This document shows, piece after piece, positions 53,265-63,722 of a stretch of DNA of 64,000 bases. The translations under genes were made by a program, and so were the position numbers. Under the pieces are notes generated by a model. That model was given only the letters and a program-made list of their open reading frames with translations. It had not been told where the DNA came from and made no database searches. Source of the DNA: Actinomycetota bacterium (GTDB lineage: Bacteria > Actinomycetota > Thermoleophilia > RBG-16-64-13); contig JAAYZX010000072.1 of the NCBI GenBank assembly GCA_012514635.1, positions 4,095-68,094 on the forward strand, read 5' to 3'. The first letter of the stretch is position 1; the number at the start of each line of letters is the position of its first letter.

Positions 53265-53780
53265 ATGGAAGGATACGTACAGGTATATACGGGCGACGGT
53301 AAAGGCAAGACCACCGCCGCCCTGGGGCTGGCGCTTCGAGCGGCGGGTGCCGGGCTGCGTGTACTTTTTGCCCAGTTCGTGAAGGGTATGGAGTACAGCG
53401 AAATGAAGGCTCTGCAGCGCTTTGCCGATCTCATCACCGTTCGTCAATATGGCCGGGGGTGCTTCATCTACGGTGAGCCTGCGGCGGAGGACTGTGCCGT
53501 TGCCCGTTCCGGTCTGGATGATGTGCGTGCCGCTTTGGTCTCCGGCGATTTCGATTTGGTCATAATGGACGAGGGCAACATAGCCACCAGCGTCGGTCTA
53601 TTCAGCGTGCGTGAGCTCCTTGATGTGATGGCGGCCAGACCTGCGGACGTAGAGTTGGTCATCACAGGTCGGGATGCCGACCCTCGTGTAATTGCAGCAG
53701 CCGATCTGGTGACCGAGATGCGTGAGATCAAGCACTATTATCAACAGGGCGTCCAAGCGCGTATCGGAATTGAGAAATAG
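53265..53780 (+). CDS. cobA: Cob(I)yrinic acid a,c-diamide / cob(I)alamin adenosyltransferase (CobA/BtuR/CobO family)
   Basis: P-loop VYTGDGKGKTTAALGLALRAAGAG and family core LFAQFVKG...DLVIMDE. Divergent from the riboswitch-controlled operon. Confidence 0.8.
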   Translation: MEGYVQVYTGDGKGKTTAALGLALRAAGAGLRVLFAQFVKGMEYSEMKALQRFADLITVRQYGRGCFIYGEPAAEDCAVARSGLDDVRAALVSGDFDLVIMDEGNIATSVGLFSVRELLDVMAARPADVELVITGRDADPRVIAAADLVTEMREIKHYYQQGVQARIGIEK

Positions 53781-53786
53781 CGGGCG

Positions 53787-54545
53787 TCAGGTCCGGCAGC
53801 TCGCAAAACCCCCATCCACTCCCAGAACTTGGCCGGTAACCCACGCCTGTTCCGGTTGCAGCAGCCAGACGACGGCCGCGGCTACGTTGTTCGGTGAACC
53901 AACCTGTATCGTTTCCGGGCCGGCAGATATTCCGGGGTCATCCGGTTCCTCGAGGTCGGGTTCGTGGTCCAGATTGGGTGATGGGAGCGTGAGTGTTCCG
54001 GGAGCCACGCAGTTGATGCGGAGACCGTAGGGCGCATAACCGGCCGCCGCCGCGCGGGTGAGCCCAATGACTCCTGCTTTGGTGGCCGCGAACATCTCAA
54101 GATTGGGTATGCCCACCTGGGCCGCTGCTGCTGATACTAACACCACCGCTCCGCCCTGTGTGCGCATGGTTTGGACAGCAGCTCTGACGGTTGCAAAAGC
54201 GGAGGTCAGGTCGGTGTCGATATGTTGCACCCAATCGCGCCCCGTGATGTCGGTGATGGGTTGGGGTTGGGGAACGCTGCCCGCACAGTTTACTACACCG
54301 TCCAGACGTCCTAGAGCGCGACGGGCCTGCTCAAGGCAGGCTTCGACATGGTCGAACCGAGCCGCGTCGAGCGATACGGCCGGTGCCTGAAGTTCCTCGG
54401 ACAGTCTCTCCAGCTTGGCTTGGTCGCGCGCAGCGATGACGAGACGCGCTCCCCGGCCGAACAGCATGCGGCATACGCTGGTTCCCACCCACCCGGTTGC
54501 TCCCAGCACGACATATACGGCCGAATCACGATCATTATTGCCCAT
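53787..54545 (-). CDS. Short-chain dehydrogenase/reductase (SDR) family oxidoreductase
   Basis: TGxxxGxG (VLGATGWVG), catalytic S...Y-x3-K (SAAAAQVGIP...FAATKAG), and typical 250 aa length. Confidence 0.85.
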   Translation of the reverse strand: MGNNDRDSAVYVVLGATGWVGTSVCRMLFGRGARLVIAARDQAKLERLSEELQAPAVSLDAARFDHVEACLEQARRALGRLDGVVNCAGSVPQPQPITDITGRDWVQHIDTDLTSAFATVRAAVQTMRTQGGAVVLVSAAAAQVGIPNLEMFAATKAGVIGLTRAAAAGYAPYGLRINCVAPGTLTLPSPNLDHEPDLEEPDDPGISAGPETIQVGSPNNVAAAVVWLLQPEQAWVTGQVLGVDGGFASCRT

Positions 54546-54713
54546 CTTGTCCTCCTCGCAGGCTTTGAGGACGACTATTGTAGCGGTGGATGGAGGCAGG
54601 TGTATTGGTGGGGGATGGATAGCGGGATAATGTCTGATGAGGCTTGCTTATGCGGTAGCAAGGCAATATCATCTATATGCAAATAACACTTAGTGACCGG
54701 TGGTAGGTGGTTC

Positions 54714-55187
54714 ATGTCTGAAGATGAGAAGCGCGGCCGGACTCAGAAAGCGTCGGGTGGCGACGACTGGGTATGCCCTCGGGCAATAGGTGGCAGAGGC
54801 CGCCTGCGCCGGTCTCTAATGGAGACCGCACTCTTAATCTGCTTGGCCCAAGGCCCCGCACATGGGTATCTGCTAATCGAGTTGGTAAACGATATGGTAG
54901 GCAGTCAAACACGTGTAGACCCAGGAAGTGTCTACCGAGTGTTGCGGGCCCTGGAGGAGGCCGGTTCCGTGGTGTCCACGTGGGAGGAACAAACAAGCGG
55001 CCCCAGCCGGCGCACCTACGATATCACCGAGCGTGGCCGCTTCCTGCTGGCGCAGTGGGCGGAGTTCCTGGAGCGTAGGGTGCACGCTCTGACGACATTG
55101 GCAGAAATGGCCCGTTCGGCGCTCGGCGACGATGCAGAGCGTTTGCTGCAGAACGCAGGCGTTGACCTGGACGGAGCGTTCGACTAG
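54714..55187 (+). CDS. PadR-family transcriptional regulator (paralog of 14572..15039)
   Basis: SLMETALLICLAQGPAHGYLLIELV...DPGSVYRVLRALEEAGSVVSTWE...RRTYDITERGRFLL. AGGTGG RBS 6 nt before the ATG at 54714. Confidence 0.75.
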   Translation: MSEDEKRGRTQKASGGDDWVCPRAIGGRGRLRRSLMETALLICLAQGPAHGYLLIELVNDMVGSQTRVDPGSVYRVLRALEEAGSVVSTWEEQTSGPSRRTYDITERGRFLLAQWAEFLERRVHALTTLAEMARSALGDDAERLLQNAGVDLDGAFD

Positions 55188-55233
55188 CGGGCGAGGCGGG
55201 AGTTACCGTCCTATCCAGCGATAGGCGGGAAGC

Positions 55234-55563
55234 CTAGCTGCACATTCCGCCGTAGAGCGACCCCATCCATAGGTGAGCGCGTCGGGCGCGGTTGGGATCA
55301 TCCTCGAAGGGTCCCGGAAATGTGACCTCGATAGGGCCATCGAACAGCTTGGCTTGGTACTCGTAGACCGTGAGTCCCACTATTTCTTCCGTATCGGGCC
55401 GGAGAAGTAGTTCGTGCCCTTCCGGAGTAACGTGAGTGACGGCGCCCGAGGTATCTCCTCGGGTTAGTACCAGCAGGTCCGTGAGCGGGTCATAGGAATG
55501 ATCGTCGAAGATGATATCTCCCAAGCGACCGGCAATAGGTTCTTGTTTTCCTTGTCTGTTCAT
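55234..55563 (-). CDS. Hypothetical protein (109 aa)
   Basis: Clean ORF with no recognised motif. Confidence 0.35.
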   Translation of the reverse strand: MNRQGKQEPIAGRLGDIIFDDHSYDPLTDLLVLTRGDTSGAVTHVTPEGHELLLRPDTEEIVGLTVYEYQAKLFDGPIEVTFPGPFEDDPNRARRAHLWMGSLYGGMCS

Positions 55564-55696
55564 GTAGAAACAGTACCACGTACCGGAGATAGAGGGCCAA
55601 GAGAAAACGGGTTCATGAGTAAAATAGGATCCATGGGGAAAGCAGGATGGCGATGGTGGGGAGGATGGATTTCGGTTGGTTCTTTGTAGGCTTTGG

Positions 55697-56086
55697 CTAC
55701 AAGCGGCCCAACAGCCCCCAAGCCAGGATCCCGCAGACGACTACGGCGATGGCAACGAACGCCCATTCGCGACGTTTTGCCATGGAATAGAGAGCGACGG
55801 TCTCGCGTGCCAGGGGAGTAATCAGCAGTAGGAGCACGCCGAGTTGAAGTAAGGACGCGGGTTTACCGGCGAACGAGTTTCTTAGGATATCACCGGGTTT
55901 GGTCAACTCAGGTTTCGCCGGAGCCAGAGATTCATATGCCGCGGTAGCGCCGCCTTCGGCTTTCAGAAACAGGACACCCGACACCAACACCAGAATCGTT
56001 GCGACTACCAGCATAATCGTCAGCAGGCGGGCGATGGCGGCCTCTGGCGTCGATGTGGAGTGGAGGGCTGAGTGGCGCCTAACCAC
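55697..56086 (-). CDS. DUF1634-like membrane protein (partner of TauE/SafE exporters); start uncertain
   Basis: Three hydrophobic helices. Overlaps the upstream TauE gene stop by 8 nt. The DUF81+DUF1634 pairing is a conserved arrangement. Confidence 0.5.
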   Translation of the reverse strand: MVRRHSALHSTSTPEAAIARLLTIMLVVATILVLVSGVLFLKAEGGATAAYESLAPAKPELTKPGDILRNSFAGKPASLLQLGVLLLLITPLARETVALYSMAKRREWAFVAIAVVVCGILAWGLLGRL

Positions 56087-56918
56087 CTGCCACCCCTTCC
56101 CATATCATTCGCACAGCTGCCAACACCACCAATATCGTGAACACTGCGCGCAGAGGGCGGACGTCGGCCCGCGCGAGAACGACGCTGCCCAGTAACGCTC
56201 CCGGCAGCGTTCCCAGGAAAACCGGCAGTGCGATCCCAGGATCGATATAGCCGCGACCAAGATAGATGCCGGCGCTGGCCGCCGCTGTGACGCCCATCAT
56301 GAAGTTTGAAGTGGTGGTGGATACTTTGAAGGGCAGGCGCATTATTTGGTCCATAGCGAGCACCTTGAATGCTCCCGCACCGATACCCAGCAGTCCGGAG
56401 AGCACTCCTGCTCCCAGCATCACGGCACCTCCCAACCCGGCTCGTTCCGGGCGGTAGGGTATGGGGACGCCATTTTCGTGGTACGTGGAGTCGAAGCCGA
56501 GTCGACTCACCCATCCGTTTGCTGGGGTGCTAAGCCGCTGTACCGGGTTATGGTGTTTGAGGGTGCCCAGGTATACGGTGCCCAGCAGTACCGTCCCGAA
56601 GACGACGGACAACCAACGGGTGGCAATGAAGGGAGCCAGGTATGCTCCTGTCACCGCACCGACGGCGGTGAGCAGCTCGAGGCCCATGCCTACTCGGAGG
56701 TTGACCAGTCCTCTGCGAAGGTATGCCGCCCCCGATCCGGACGACACGGCAATAATGGAGATTAGCCCAGCACCAATAGCGTATCGAAGGTCCACACCGA
56801 AGGCGATAGTCAGCAGGGGGATGAGGATGATGCCTCCGCCCAATCCGGTCAGGGCGCCGAGGAACCCGGCGGCAAGCGAACTCAGCCAGAGCAGCAGAAC
56901 GAAGAGCCACAATGTCAT
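56079..56918 (-). CDS. TauE/SafE (DUF81) family sulfite/anion exporter
   Basis: Two 4-TM repeats with conserved GLGGG motif (LGALTGLGGGIILIPLL and LGIGAGAFKVLAMD). Real start at MTLWLFVLLLW. The upstream 54 codons of the track ORF are an artefact. Confidence 0.8.
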   Translation of the reverse strand: MTLWLFVLLLWLSSLAAGFLGALTGLGGGIILIPLLTIAFGVDLRYAIGAGLISIIAVSSGSGAAYLRRGLVNLRVGMGLELLTAVGAVTGAYLAPFIATRWLSVVFGTVLLGTVYLGTLKHHNPVQRLSTPANGWVSRLGFDSTYHENGVPIPYRPERAGLGGAVMLGAGVLSGLLGIGAGAFKVLAMDQIMRLPFKVSTTTSNFMMGVTAAASAGIYLGRGYIDPGIALPVFLGTLPGALLGSVVLARADVRPLRAVFTILVVLAAVRMIWEGVAGG

Positions 56919-57101
56919 GGATGAAGTGTACGGGAGGCTTGGGACAAAGGCCAATACAGGCGTGGCATTACGCGGGCGGGTTGAAAGCGGCACGCACGCT
57001 GAGGAACAAAAGGTTGTCTGCCATCGGTCCGCGCATGGTCTCGGGTATGATCGCATTGGGAGGGCGGAAGGAAGAGCCAATACTGAATGCGGAGTTCATC
57101 C

Positions 57102-57479
57102 ATGAGTGAAAACCTGCTGACATTCTTGGCGCGATGGGCGCTGCTTCATGAGCTTGCGGACGATGCGTGGCGTGGGGCGGTCGCCAGGGGCAGGGCGACG
57201 GGCACATCCGAGACGCCAAAGGAAGCCGATGCATCCCTGGACGGCCTGGCGGCTTTGGTGGCAGATGAGAAAGACGCTTTGCGTTCGCGGTTGACGGAGC
57301 GGGCCGAGACACCGAGCGCAGAGGCCGCCGGAACGGTGGCCACCTTGGAGGAGATTCGATTTGAGCTGGGCGAATTGCGGGGTCGGCTGGAGTCCCTGGA
57401 AACGGCCATTACGGCTCTCGATTTACGGGTTCAAGCCGGATGTAACCCTTTATCTCCGGCTCAGCCTGAGCAGAAGTAA
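57102..57479 (+). CDS. Hypothetical protein with predicted coiled coil
   Basis: GGAG 8 nt before the ATG. C-terminal LEEIRFELGELRGRLESLETAITALDLRV heptad pattern. Confidence 0.35.
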   Translation: MSENLLTFLARWALLHELADDAWRGAVARGRATGTSETPKEADASLDGLAALVADEKDALRSRLTERAETPSAEAAGTVATLEEIRFELGELRGRLESLETAITALDLRVQAGCNPLSPAQPEQK

Positions 57480-57484
57480 CCTGC

Positions 57485-58933
57485 TTGAATACGCGGTCCG
57501 TCCAAGTGCTGCGCGTAGTGGGCCGCCGGGCCTTGGCCGCGGCGGCCGGAGCGCGTTTGGGTTTGGCTCCTCGGGCGGAGAGTAGGCAGGCCGCCGCGAG
57601 ACAGGTGCGGCTTGCCTGCGAGGAACTGGGTCCCACATTTGCCAAGATCGGACAGTTGATATCGGTGCGTCCCGACGTCTTCCCGCCCGAACTCTGTTTC
57701 GAGCTGGAAGGGTTGCAGGACACCATGGCGCCGTTGTCTTATGCAGAGGTGGCACAGGTTATCCGTGAGGAGTTCGGGCGGGATCCTGAGCAGCTGTTTG
57801 CTACTTTTGATCCTGAGCCTACCGCTTCGGCTTCTATTGCCCAGGTGCATCGGGCTACGTTACAAGAAGCCTCACGCCCCGTCTGGGGTGAAACGATGGT
57901 AGCGGGTTCTCCGGTGGCGGTGAAAGTGGTGCGCCCCGGTATCGAGCGCTATATAGCCGCCGACTTGGCGACGGCGCGTCGTATAGTGGGTTGGTTGAGT
58001 CGCTTTGGTGCGGTGCGTCGTTGGAGTATCGACGGTCTCATTGAAGAACTGGGAACTTCACTGCGTCGGGAGCTGGACCTCCGCAATGAAGCGCGGGTAT
58101 CTGATCGTTTCGCCTTCGATTTTCGCGACGATTCTCGGGTGTTGGTACCTCGTGTGGTATGGGGTCGCACTACACGGCGTGTGCTGACCATGGAGTTCGT
58201 CAACGGTTGGCGATTGTCGGCGCTGAACGATGCGGTGCGCAACGGAGTGGATGCTCGTGGTTTGGCGGTGCATGGCGCGCGGGTGTTCATGCGGCAGGTA
58301 CTGGTACACGGACGTTTCCACGCGGACCTGCACCCGGCCAACCTGCTTGTCACTCGGGACAATCGCATAGCCTATTTGGACTTCGGTATTGTAGGGATGC
58401 TCACGTCAAGGGAGAGGGTTGCGGTGGCTCAGATCCTGGCGGCCCTCGTGTTCCGTGATCCCGAGCGGGCGCTACGATATTCGGGGGAGTTGGGGGTGAA
58501 GATCCCGGCTGTAAAGACGGCGGCTTTGAGCCATGGTTTGAGCCGGCTGATGGACCAGAAACGGGCGGTGGGGTCAGTGAATGGGGCGGAAATTTCCGCG
58601 CACAGCTTTACTGATGGCTCTAGTGGAGATATGGGCGGTGATTGTGCCTGTGCCGTCCAACGTGCGAGCCTGGATGTCAAGGACTTCGGGATCGGGCTCT
58701 TGTCGTTGCTGGCACGACACGAAATCGAGATTCCTGTGGGCTATGGACTATTGGTGAAGTCTCTAGTCACCATTGAGGGTGTGGCGCGTGCTCTATACCC
58801 CGACATCGACATCGTTGAGACGGCACGTCCTTTTGTCACCAGGCTTCTGCTACAGGGTATGGATGGCGGCGGAGTCTCGTTGAAAAAGTATGAAGCTGCG
58901 GTTCGGGCTGCGCTGCGGGAACTGACGTCCTGA
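57485..58933 (+). CDS. ABC1/UbiB-family atypical protein kinase
   Basis: UbiB motifs GPTFAKIGQLISVRPD, ASIAQVHRA, VAVKVVRPG, and the HADLHPANLLV catalytic loop. Confidence 0.85.
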   Translation: MNTRSVQVLRVVGRRALAAAAGARLGLAPRAESRQAAARQVRLACEELGPTFAKIGQLISVRPDVFPPELCFELEGLQDTMAPLSYAEVAQVIREEFGRDPEQLFATFDPEPTASASIAQVHRATLQEASRPVWGETMVAGSPVAVKVVRPGIERYIAADLATARRIVGWLSRFGAVRRWSIDGLIEELGTSLRRELDLRNEARVSDRFAFDFRDDSRVLVPRVVWGRTTRRVLTMEFVNGWRLSALNDAVRNGVDARGLAVHGARVFMRQVLVHGRFHADLHPANLLVTRDNRIAYLDFGIVGMLTSRERVAVAQILAALVFRDPERALRYSGELGVKIPAVKTAALSHGLSRLMDQKRAVGSVNGAEISAHSFTDGSSGDMGGDCACAVQRASLDVKDFGIGLLSLLARHEIEIPVGYGLLVKSLVTIEGVARALYPDIDIVETARPFVTRLLLQGMDGGGVSLKKYEAAVRAALRELTS

Positions 58934-59024
58934 GCTTCACGGGCCGTGGGCTGTGGGCGGCGCCGATACTGTCTTCGGCGGAAGGTGCCGGCAGTAGGGT
59001 TACCGGCGTATACTGCTATTTCTC

Positions 59025-61250
59025 ATGGATCTCTCAAGTACACCATCCGCGACGCCTTCTCTCACTACCGTTCGAGACTTCTTCTGTCCCTGTCCGCTAG
59101 GCGTGGAGGATCTGCTGGCGGAAGAGTTGCGGGGTATCGGAGCGGAGGCGGTGTCGGTGACCAGGGCAGGTGCCCGCTTTCGCGGCACCATCGAGACTGC
59201 GCTCAGAGTTTGTCTGTGGTCACGAGTGGCCAGCCGCGTGCTTCTGCAGCTTGCCACGTTCGAAGCGCCTTCTCCGGAAGAGTTATATGCGGGTGCTTTG
59301 TCGATTCCCTGGGAGGAGCACCTGGACGTCTCGCGGACTTTGGCGGTGCAGGCCAACCTCTCCGCGTCACGCATGACACACAACGTTTTCGCCGCCCTCA
59401 AAGTCAAGGATGCCATAGTGGATCGGCAGCGCGAAGCGTGCGGGGGTCGTTCGAGCATACGACCTGTACGACCGCACGTGAAGGTGGATCTGCATCTGCG
59501 TCGTGACTTGGCCACCGTAAGCTTGGATCTATCGGGTGAGGCCCTCAGCAACCGCGGGTACCGTGTTCAGGGGGGCGAAGCTCCTCTGAGGGAGAATCTG
59601 GCAGCGGCCGTATTGCTTCGTGCGGGGTGGCAGGAAATTGCCCGACGCGGGGCGTCCTTGCTCGATCCCATGTGCGGGACCGGAACTCTTCTCATTGAAG
59701 GAGCCCTGATCGCAGGCGAGATTGCACCGGGGCTTACACGTCGGTACTACGGTTTTATAGGTTGGAAGCAGTTTCCGAGCGAAGTTTGGTCGCGGGCGGT
59801 GAGGGAGGCGGAAATCCATGCTGCCGCGAAAAGACCGCAGATCCCCCGCATCGTCGGCGGGGACGCTGATCCGAGAGCTGTGGCGGCTGCGTTGGCCAAC
59901 GCAGCCGCCACAGGGCTAACCGACGTGATAGAGGTGGACGGCCGGTCCATCACGGAGTTGGCACCGCCTGTAGGTGTCGAGGATGGGCTGGTGGTGATAA
60001 ATCCACCATACGGGCATCGCATGGGGCGGAATGGGGATCTTAAGGCTCTCTACACCACTATCGGCCTGCGTCTGCGTCAGACCTTCAGTGGCTGGAGGGC
60101 GGCGGTGTTGGTTGAACAGGACGATCTGGGACATCGGTTGGGATTGCGGGCACACAAAATGCATCGCCTGTACAACGGAGCCCTTCCGGTTCGCCTTCTA
60201 CACTTCAACGTGGGGCCTGCTGCTGTGCGTGCCCGCAAGGAGGGAGCGGCTTCGCACAAAGTTGCAACTCATGCTGACGCACCTGATCTGCGCAACCGTC
60301 TGCGCAAGAATCTGCGTCATCTGGGTAGGTGGGCGCGGCGGGAAGGGGTGACCTGCTATCGGGTGTATGATCGTGACCTGCCCGATTACAACTTTGCTCT
60401 CGATGTCTACGAAGACTGGGCGCTGCTGCAGGAGTACGATCCTCCCTCCGAGATTGAGCAGGCGGCGGCCCGTCGTAGACGGGACGCCGCCTTCGCAGTA
60501 GTGCGAGAGTTGCTCGGGTTGGAGCAGTCGCAGCTGTTCTTTCGCCTGCGTGAACGCCAACGAGGCAGTAGGCAATACACGCGTCGCGCGCTGCTCGGTG
60601 AACTGCGGGAGGCGCGCGAGGGCGGTCTGCGCTTTCTCGTCAATCCCTCGGACTACTTGGACACCGGTCTCTTTCTGGATCAACGTATCACGCGTTCGCT
60701 TGTTAGGGAGCAGGCCCAAGGCCGGCGTTTTCTCAATCTCTTCTGCTACACGGCCACCGCCACCGTCTGCGCGGTAGCGGGCGGCGCGGTCTCCAGCACA
60801 TCGGTGGATCTGTCGCGCACTTATCTGGCGTGGGGCAAAGAAAACCTGGCTCTAAACGGCTATGACGGCTCCATGGATCCTCGCTCGGGCACCCATCGGC
60901 TTGTACAATCAGACTGTCTCCGGTGGCTGGCCGGTGCGGCCGGGGAGCGGAACACGCGTTTTGATCTCGTATACGCCGACGTGCCCACTTTCTCCAATTC
61001 CAGACAGATGGAGGGTACGTTCGATGTACAGCGGGATCACGTGACTCTGCTCGCCGCAGTGGCAGGTGTTCTGGCGCCGGAGGGTGTGGTGCTGTTCTCT
61101 ACCAACAAAAGGCGTTTTCGGCTGGATGAGGAGCGCCTGCTGATGGAAGCGGGGTTGTACGTGCGGGATATCACGGCTCGGACTATCCCACCGGACTTTG
61201 CGCGCCGCGCCGCAGCCCACCGGTGCTGGATCCTTCATGCTTCCCGCTGA
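59025..61250 (+). CDS. rlmL: Bifunctional 23S rRNA methyltransferase RlmKL (m2G2445 / m7G2069)
   Basis: THUMP plus N6-adenine-type MTase with DPMCGTGTLLIEGA and NPPYG motifs, followed by a second SAM-MTase domain (740 aa, RlmKL architecture). Confidence 0.85.
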   Translation: MDLSSTPSATPSLTTVRDFFCPCPLGVEDLLAEELRGIGAEAVSVTRAGARFRGTIETALRVCLWSRVASRVLLQLATFEAPSPEELYAGALSIPWEEHLDVSRTLAVQANLSASRMTHNVFAALKVKDAIVDRQREACGGRSSIRPVRPHVKVDLHLRRDLATVSLDLSGEALSNRGYRVQGGEAPLRENLAAAVLLRAGWQEIARRGASLLDPMCGTGTLLIEGALIAGEIAPGLTRRYYGFIGWKQFPSEVWSRAVREAEIHAAAKRPQIPRIVGGDADPRAVAAALANAAATGLTDVIEVDGRSITELAPPVGVEDGLVVINPPYGHRMGRNGDLKALYTTIGLRLRQTFSGWRAAVLVEQDDLGHRLGLRAHKMHRLYNGALPVRLLHFNVGPAAVRARKEGAASHKVATHADAPDLRNRLRKNLRHLGRWARREGVTCYRVYDRDLPDYNFALDVYEDWALLQEYDPPSEIEQAAARRRRDAAFAVVRELLGLEQSQLFFRLRERQRGSRQYTRRALLGELREAREGGLRFLVNPSDYLDTGLFLDQRITRSLVREQAQGRRFLNLFCYTATATVCAVAGGAVSSTSVDLSRTYLAWGKENLALNGYDGSMDPRSGTHRLVQSDCLRWLAGAAGERNTRFDLVYADVPTFSNSRQMEGTFDVQRDHVTLLAAVAGVLAPEGVVLFSTNKRRFRLDEERLLMEAGLYVRDITARTIPPDFARRAAAHRCWILHASR

Positions 61251-61373
61251 AGATTTGCACCATCTACCCATCTCGGGCTGAAGACCGGCATGGTATCGTG
61301 AGTAGTTGAGTGGTAGGTGCTTGAGCAACGGCTGGGTGCTTGTTCCAAGCCAATCTCTCATCGGGGCAATGTC

Positions 61374-63611
61374 ATGTGCGTGAATCGCAACGTCTTGGAT
61401 GGCGCTTCGGCATTAGGTGAAGGATCGGCTGTGCTGCAGGCGGCATCTGCCGCCGGCCGACGACAACTTACCGAGATCGAAAGTAAGGCACTACTCGTGT
61501 CTTACGGAATACCGGTACCCTCGGGCGGCATGGTGACCGAACTCGGTGTTGCGGAGGCGCTGGCAGAGCGCATTGGCTATCCAGTTGTAGTGAAGGGCGT
61601 CTCCGAGTCTGTATCACATAAGACGGAAGCCGGCCTTGTGGAGTTAGGTATCCACGATAGTGTCTCGCTTCGCGATGCGTATAGGCGTATAAGCGGACGC
61701 GCAGGGCTGTGTGGGGTCCTAGTGGAACGACAGTTGCCGCGCGGGCGGGAGCTGGTAGTGGGAGCCATTAGAGATCCTCAGTTTGGGCCGGTTGTGATGT
61801 TCGGCTTGGGCGGAGTGGCTACGGAGATCCTGGATGATGTGGCATTTGCGTTGGCGCCCGTGACTCATGCCGAAGCATTGGAGCTGATGGAGTCCATCCG
61901 GTCGCATCGGGTGTTGGGTGAATTCCGTGGTCGGCCGTCTGTAAACAGAGATGCGTTGGCGCGGGTGATAGAGGCCGTCGCGCGGATGGCTTGCGAGCAT
62001 CCGGAGATCGCGGAAATCGACGTCAACCCCCTACTATTGGAAGGCGACAAGCCGCTGGCGGCGGATGCGTTGGTGGTGCTGGGAGGAAGCGAGATCGCAT
62101 TGCCGAATAGGCCGTCGCCTGCGTCGACCAACCTGGCTGCCTTATTTCAGCCGACGTCGGTAGCAGTAATCGGCGCCTCGAATGATCCGTTGAAGTGGGG
62201 TGGAACCATCCTTGTCAATCTCATCTCCGGCGGATTCAAGGGACGAATTTTTCCTGTGACTCTTCAGACCGATTCCGTCCTGGGATTGCCGGCATATCCG
62301 GATGTGACTTCTCTCCCCGAAGCTCCAGATATGGCGATGGTGGCAGTACCGCTACACCACGTGAAAGGAGTGGTGCAGCAGTGCGGCCGAAAGGGAGTCA
62401 AGGCGTTGGTCCTGGTCACGGCCGGATTCTCGGAGATAGGTGAAGAAGGCCGTCGTCTGGAGAGTGAGATCACGGAAATCGCAGCAGGATACGGTATGGT
62501 TTTGGTGGGCCCCAACTGTATGGGAGTATTGTCATCTCGCCATAATTTGTGCGCGATAGGCGCACTGCATGCTCGTCTCACTCCGGGACCGGCGGGTTTT
62601 GTGTCGCAGTCCGGCAATGTAGCCGTTCAGTTGATAGTCTCTGCGGAGCGGCGGGGGGGCGGGATCGGCAGCTTCGTGGGAGTGGGGAACGAGGCTCTGG
62701 TGGACACCGCCGATATCCTGGATTACCTGCGTGAAGATCCACATACCCGGTGCGCTCTGGCTTATATAGAGGGTTGCGACGATGGACGACGCCTCATGAG
62801 AAGCGCGCGGCGGTTTGCTCAGTCGAAGCCGCTGGTGGCGCTGCGCGCGGCGGTCAGCAGCTACGGGAGCAGGGCGGCTGCTTCGCACACGGGAGCGCTG
62901 GCCGGATCGCGCCGGATTTTTGAAGGAGCAGCGCGCCAAGCGGGCATGTTGCTCACCTTTGATCCCGACGAGTTTCTCGATCTAGCTATGGCCTTTTCGT
63001 ATCTACCGCTTCCGCGAGGAAGGCGGGTGGGTATTGTTACCATGGGAGGAGGGTGGGGGGTCCTCTGTGCAGACGAAGTGGCGCGTAGCAATATGGAGCT
63101 CGCTCCATTCGACCCTGCTCTGATTGAGAAACTGGACGGCTTACTGCCTCCATACTGGAGCAAGGCCAATCCGGTAGATCTGGTGGCGACCATCAAAGAA
63201 GGAGTGGTTGGGGCGGTGGTGGAGGCCGTTGTCGCTTCGGAACAGGTAGACGCTGTGGTGGTTTCGGCCGTAGTGAGCGTGTTTGGATTGGCGGCGGATG
63301 TTCTTGTGGAGGCTCACAGGCTGCATGACGACAGAGCCATCGAAATGTCGCAGCCGGAGATGGTGGAGCCGGGGGTGTTTGCACACCGTCGCGAGAGCTT
63401 CATGAAGCAACTGGCACGCCTCATGGAGACGTATCACAAGCCCATTATCAGTGTTGCAGCGGTACCGGTGGGACGGTCGGTATTCACTAATTGGGGGAAG
63501 TACGGGGTGGTGGTGATTCAATCACCCCTGAGGGCGGTTCGTGTGCTCTCCTATCTCGCGCGCTATACAGAGTGGAGGGCCAAACAGGAAGGTGAGGACG
63601 GCACGTGGTGA
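61374..63611 (+). CDS. ADP-forming acetyl/acyl-CoA synthetase (NDP-forming; fused ATP-grasp beta domain and CoA-binding/ligase alpha domains)
   Basis: N-terminal ATP-grasp (LTEIESKALLVSYGIPVP...VVKG). Central CoA-binding (SVAVIGASNDPLKWGG). Phosphohistidine loop region (GALHARLTPG...SQSGN) and C-terminal ligase-CoA domain. Confidence 0.8.
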   Translation: MCVNRNVLDGASALGEGSAVLQAASAAGRRQLTEIESKALLVSYGIPVPSGGMVTELGVAEALAERIGYPVVVKGVSESVSHKTEAGLVELGIHDSVSLRDAYRRISGRAGLCGVLVERQLPRGRELVVGAIRDPQFGPVVMFGLGGVATEILDDVAFALAPVTHAEALELMESIRSHRVLGEFRGRPSVNRDALARVIEAVARMACEHPEIAEIDVNPLLLEGDKPLAADALVVLGGSEIALPNRPSPASTNLAALFQPTSVAVIGASNDPLKWGGTILVNLISGGFKGRIFPVTLQTDSVLGLPAYPDVTSLPEAPDMAMVAVPLHHVKGVVQQCGRKGVKALVLVTAGFSEIGEEGRRLESEITEIAAGYGMVLVGPNCMGVLSSRHNLCAIGALHARLTPGPAGFVSQSGNVAVQLIVSAERRGGGIGSFVGVGNEALVDTADILDYLREDPHTRCALAYIEGCDDGRRLMRSARRFAQSKPLVALRAAVSSYGSRAAASHTGALAGSRRIFEGAARQAGMLLTFDPDEFLDLAMAFSYLPLPRGRRVGIVTMGGGWGVLCADEVARSNMELAPFDPALIEKLDGLLPPYWSKANPVDLVATIKEGVVGAVVEAVVASEQVDAVVVSAVVSVFGLAADVLVEAHRLHDDRAIEMSQPEMVEPGVFAHRRESFMKQLARLMETYHKPIISVAAVPVGRSVFTNWGKYGVVVIQSPLRAVRVLSYLARYTEWRAKQEGEDGTW

Positions 63612-63722
63612 ACTCTTCGCCCATTGAGGGGAGAATGCGCTCTGACGGATGCGCGATTGAGTAGGGGTCTTCAATCCGACGCGGGGCGATCCTGGGAGGT
63701 CAGGCTCCTTTCTCTTAGTGAG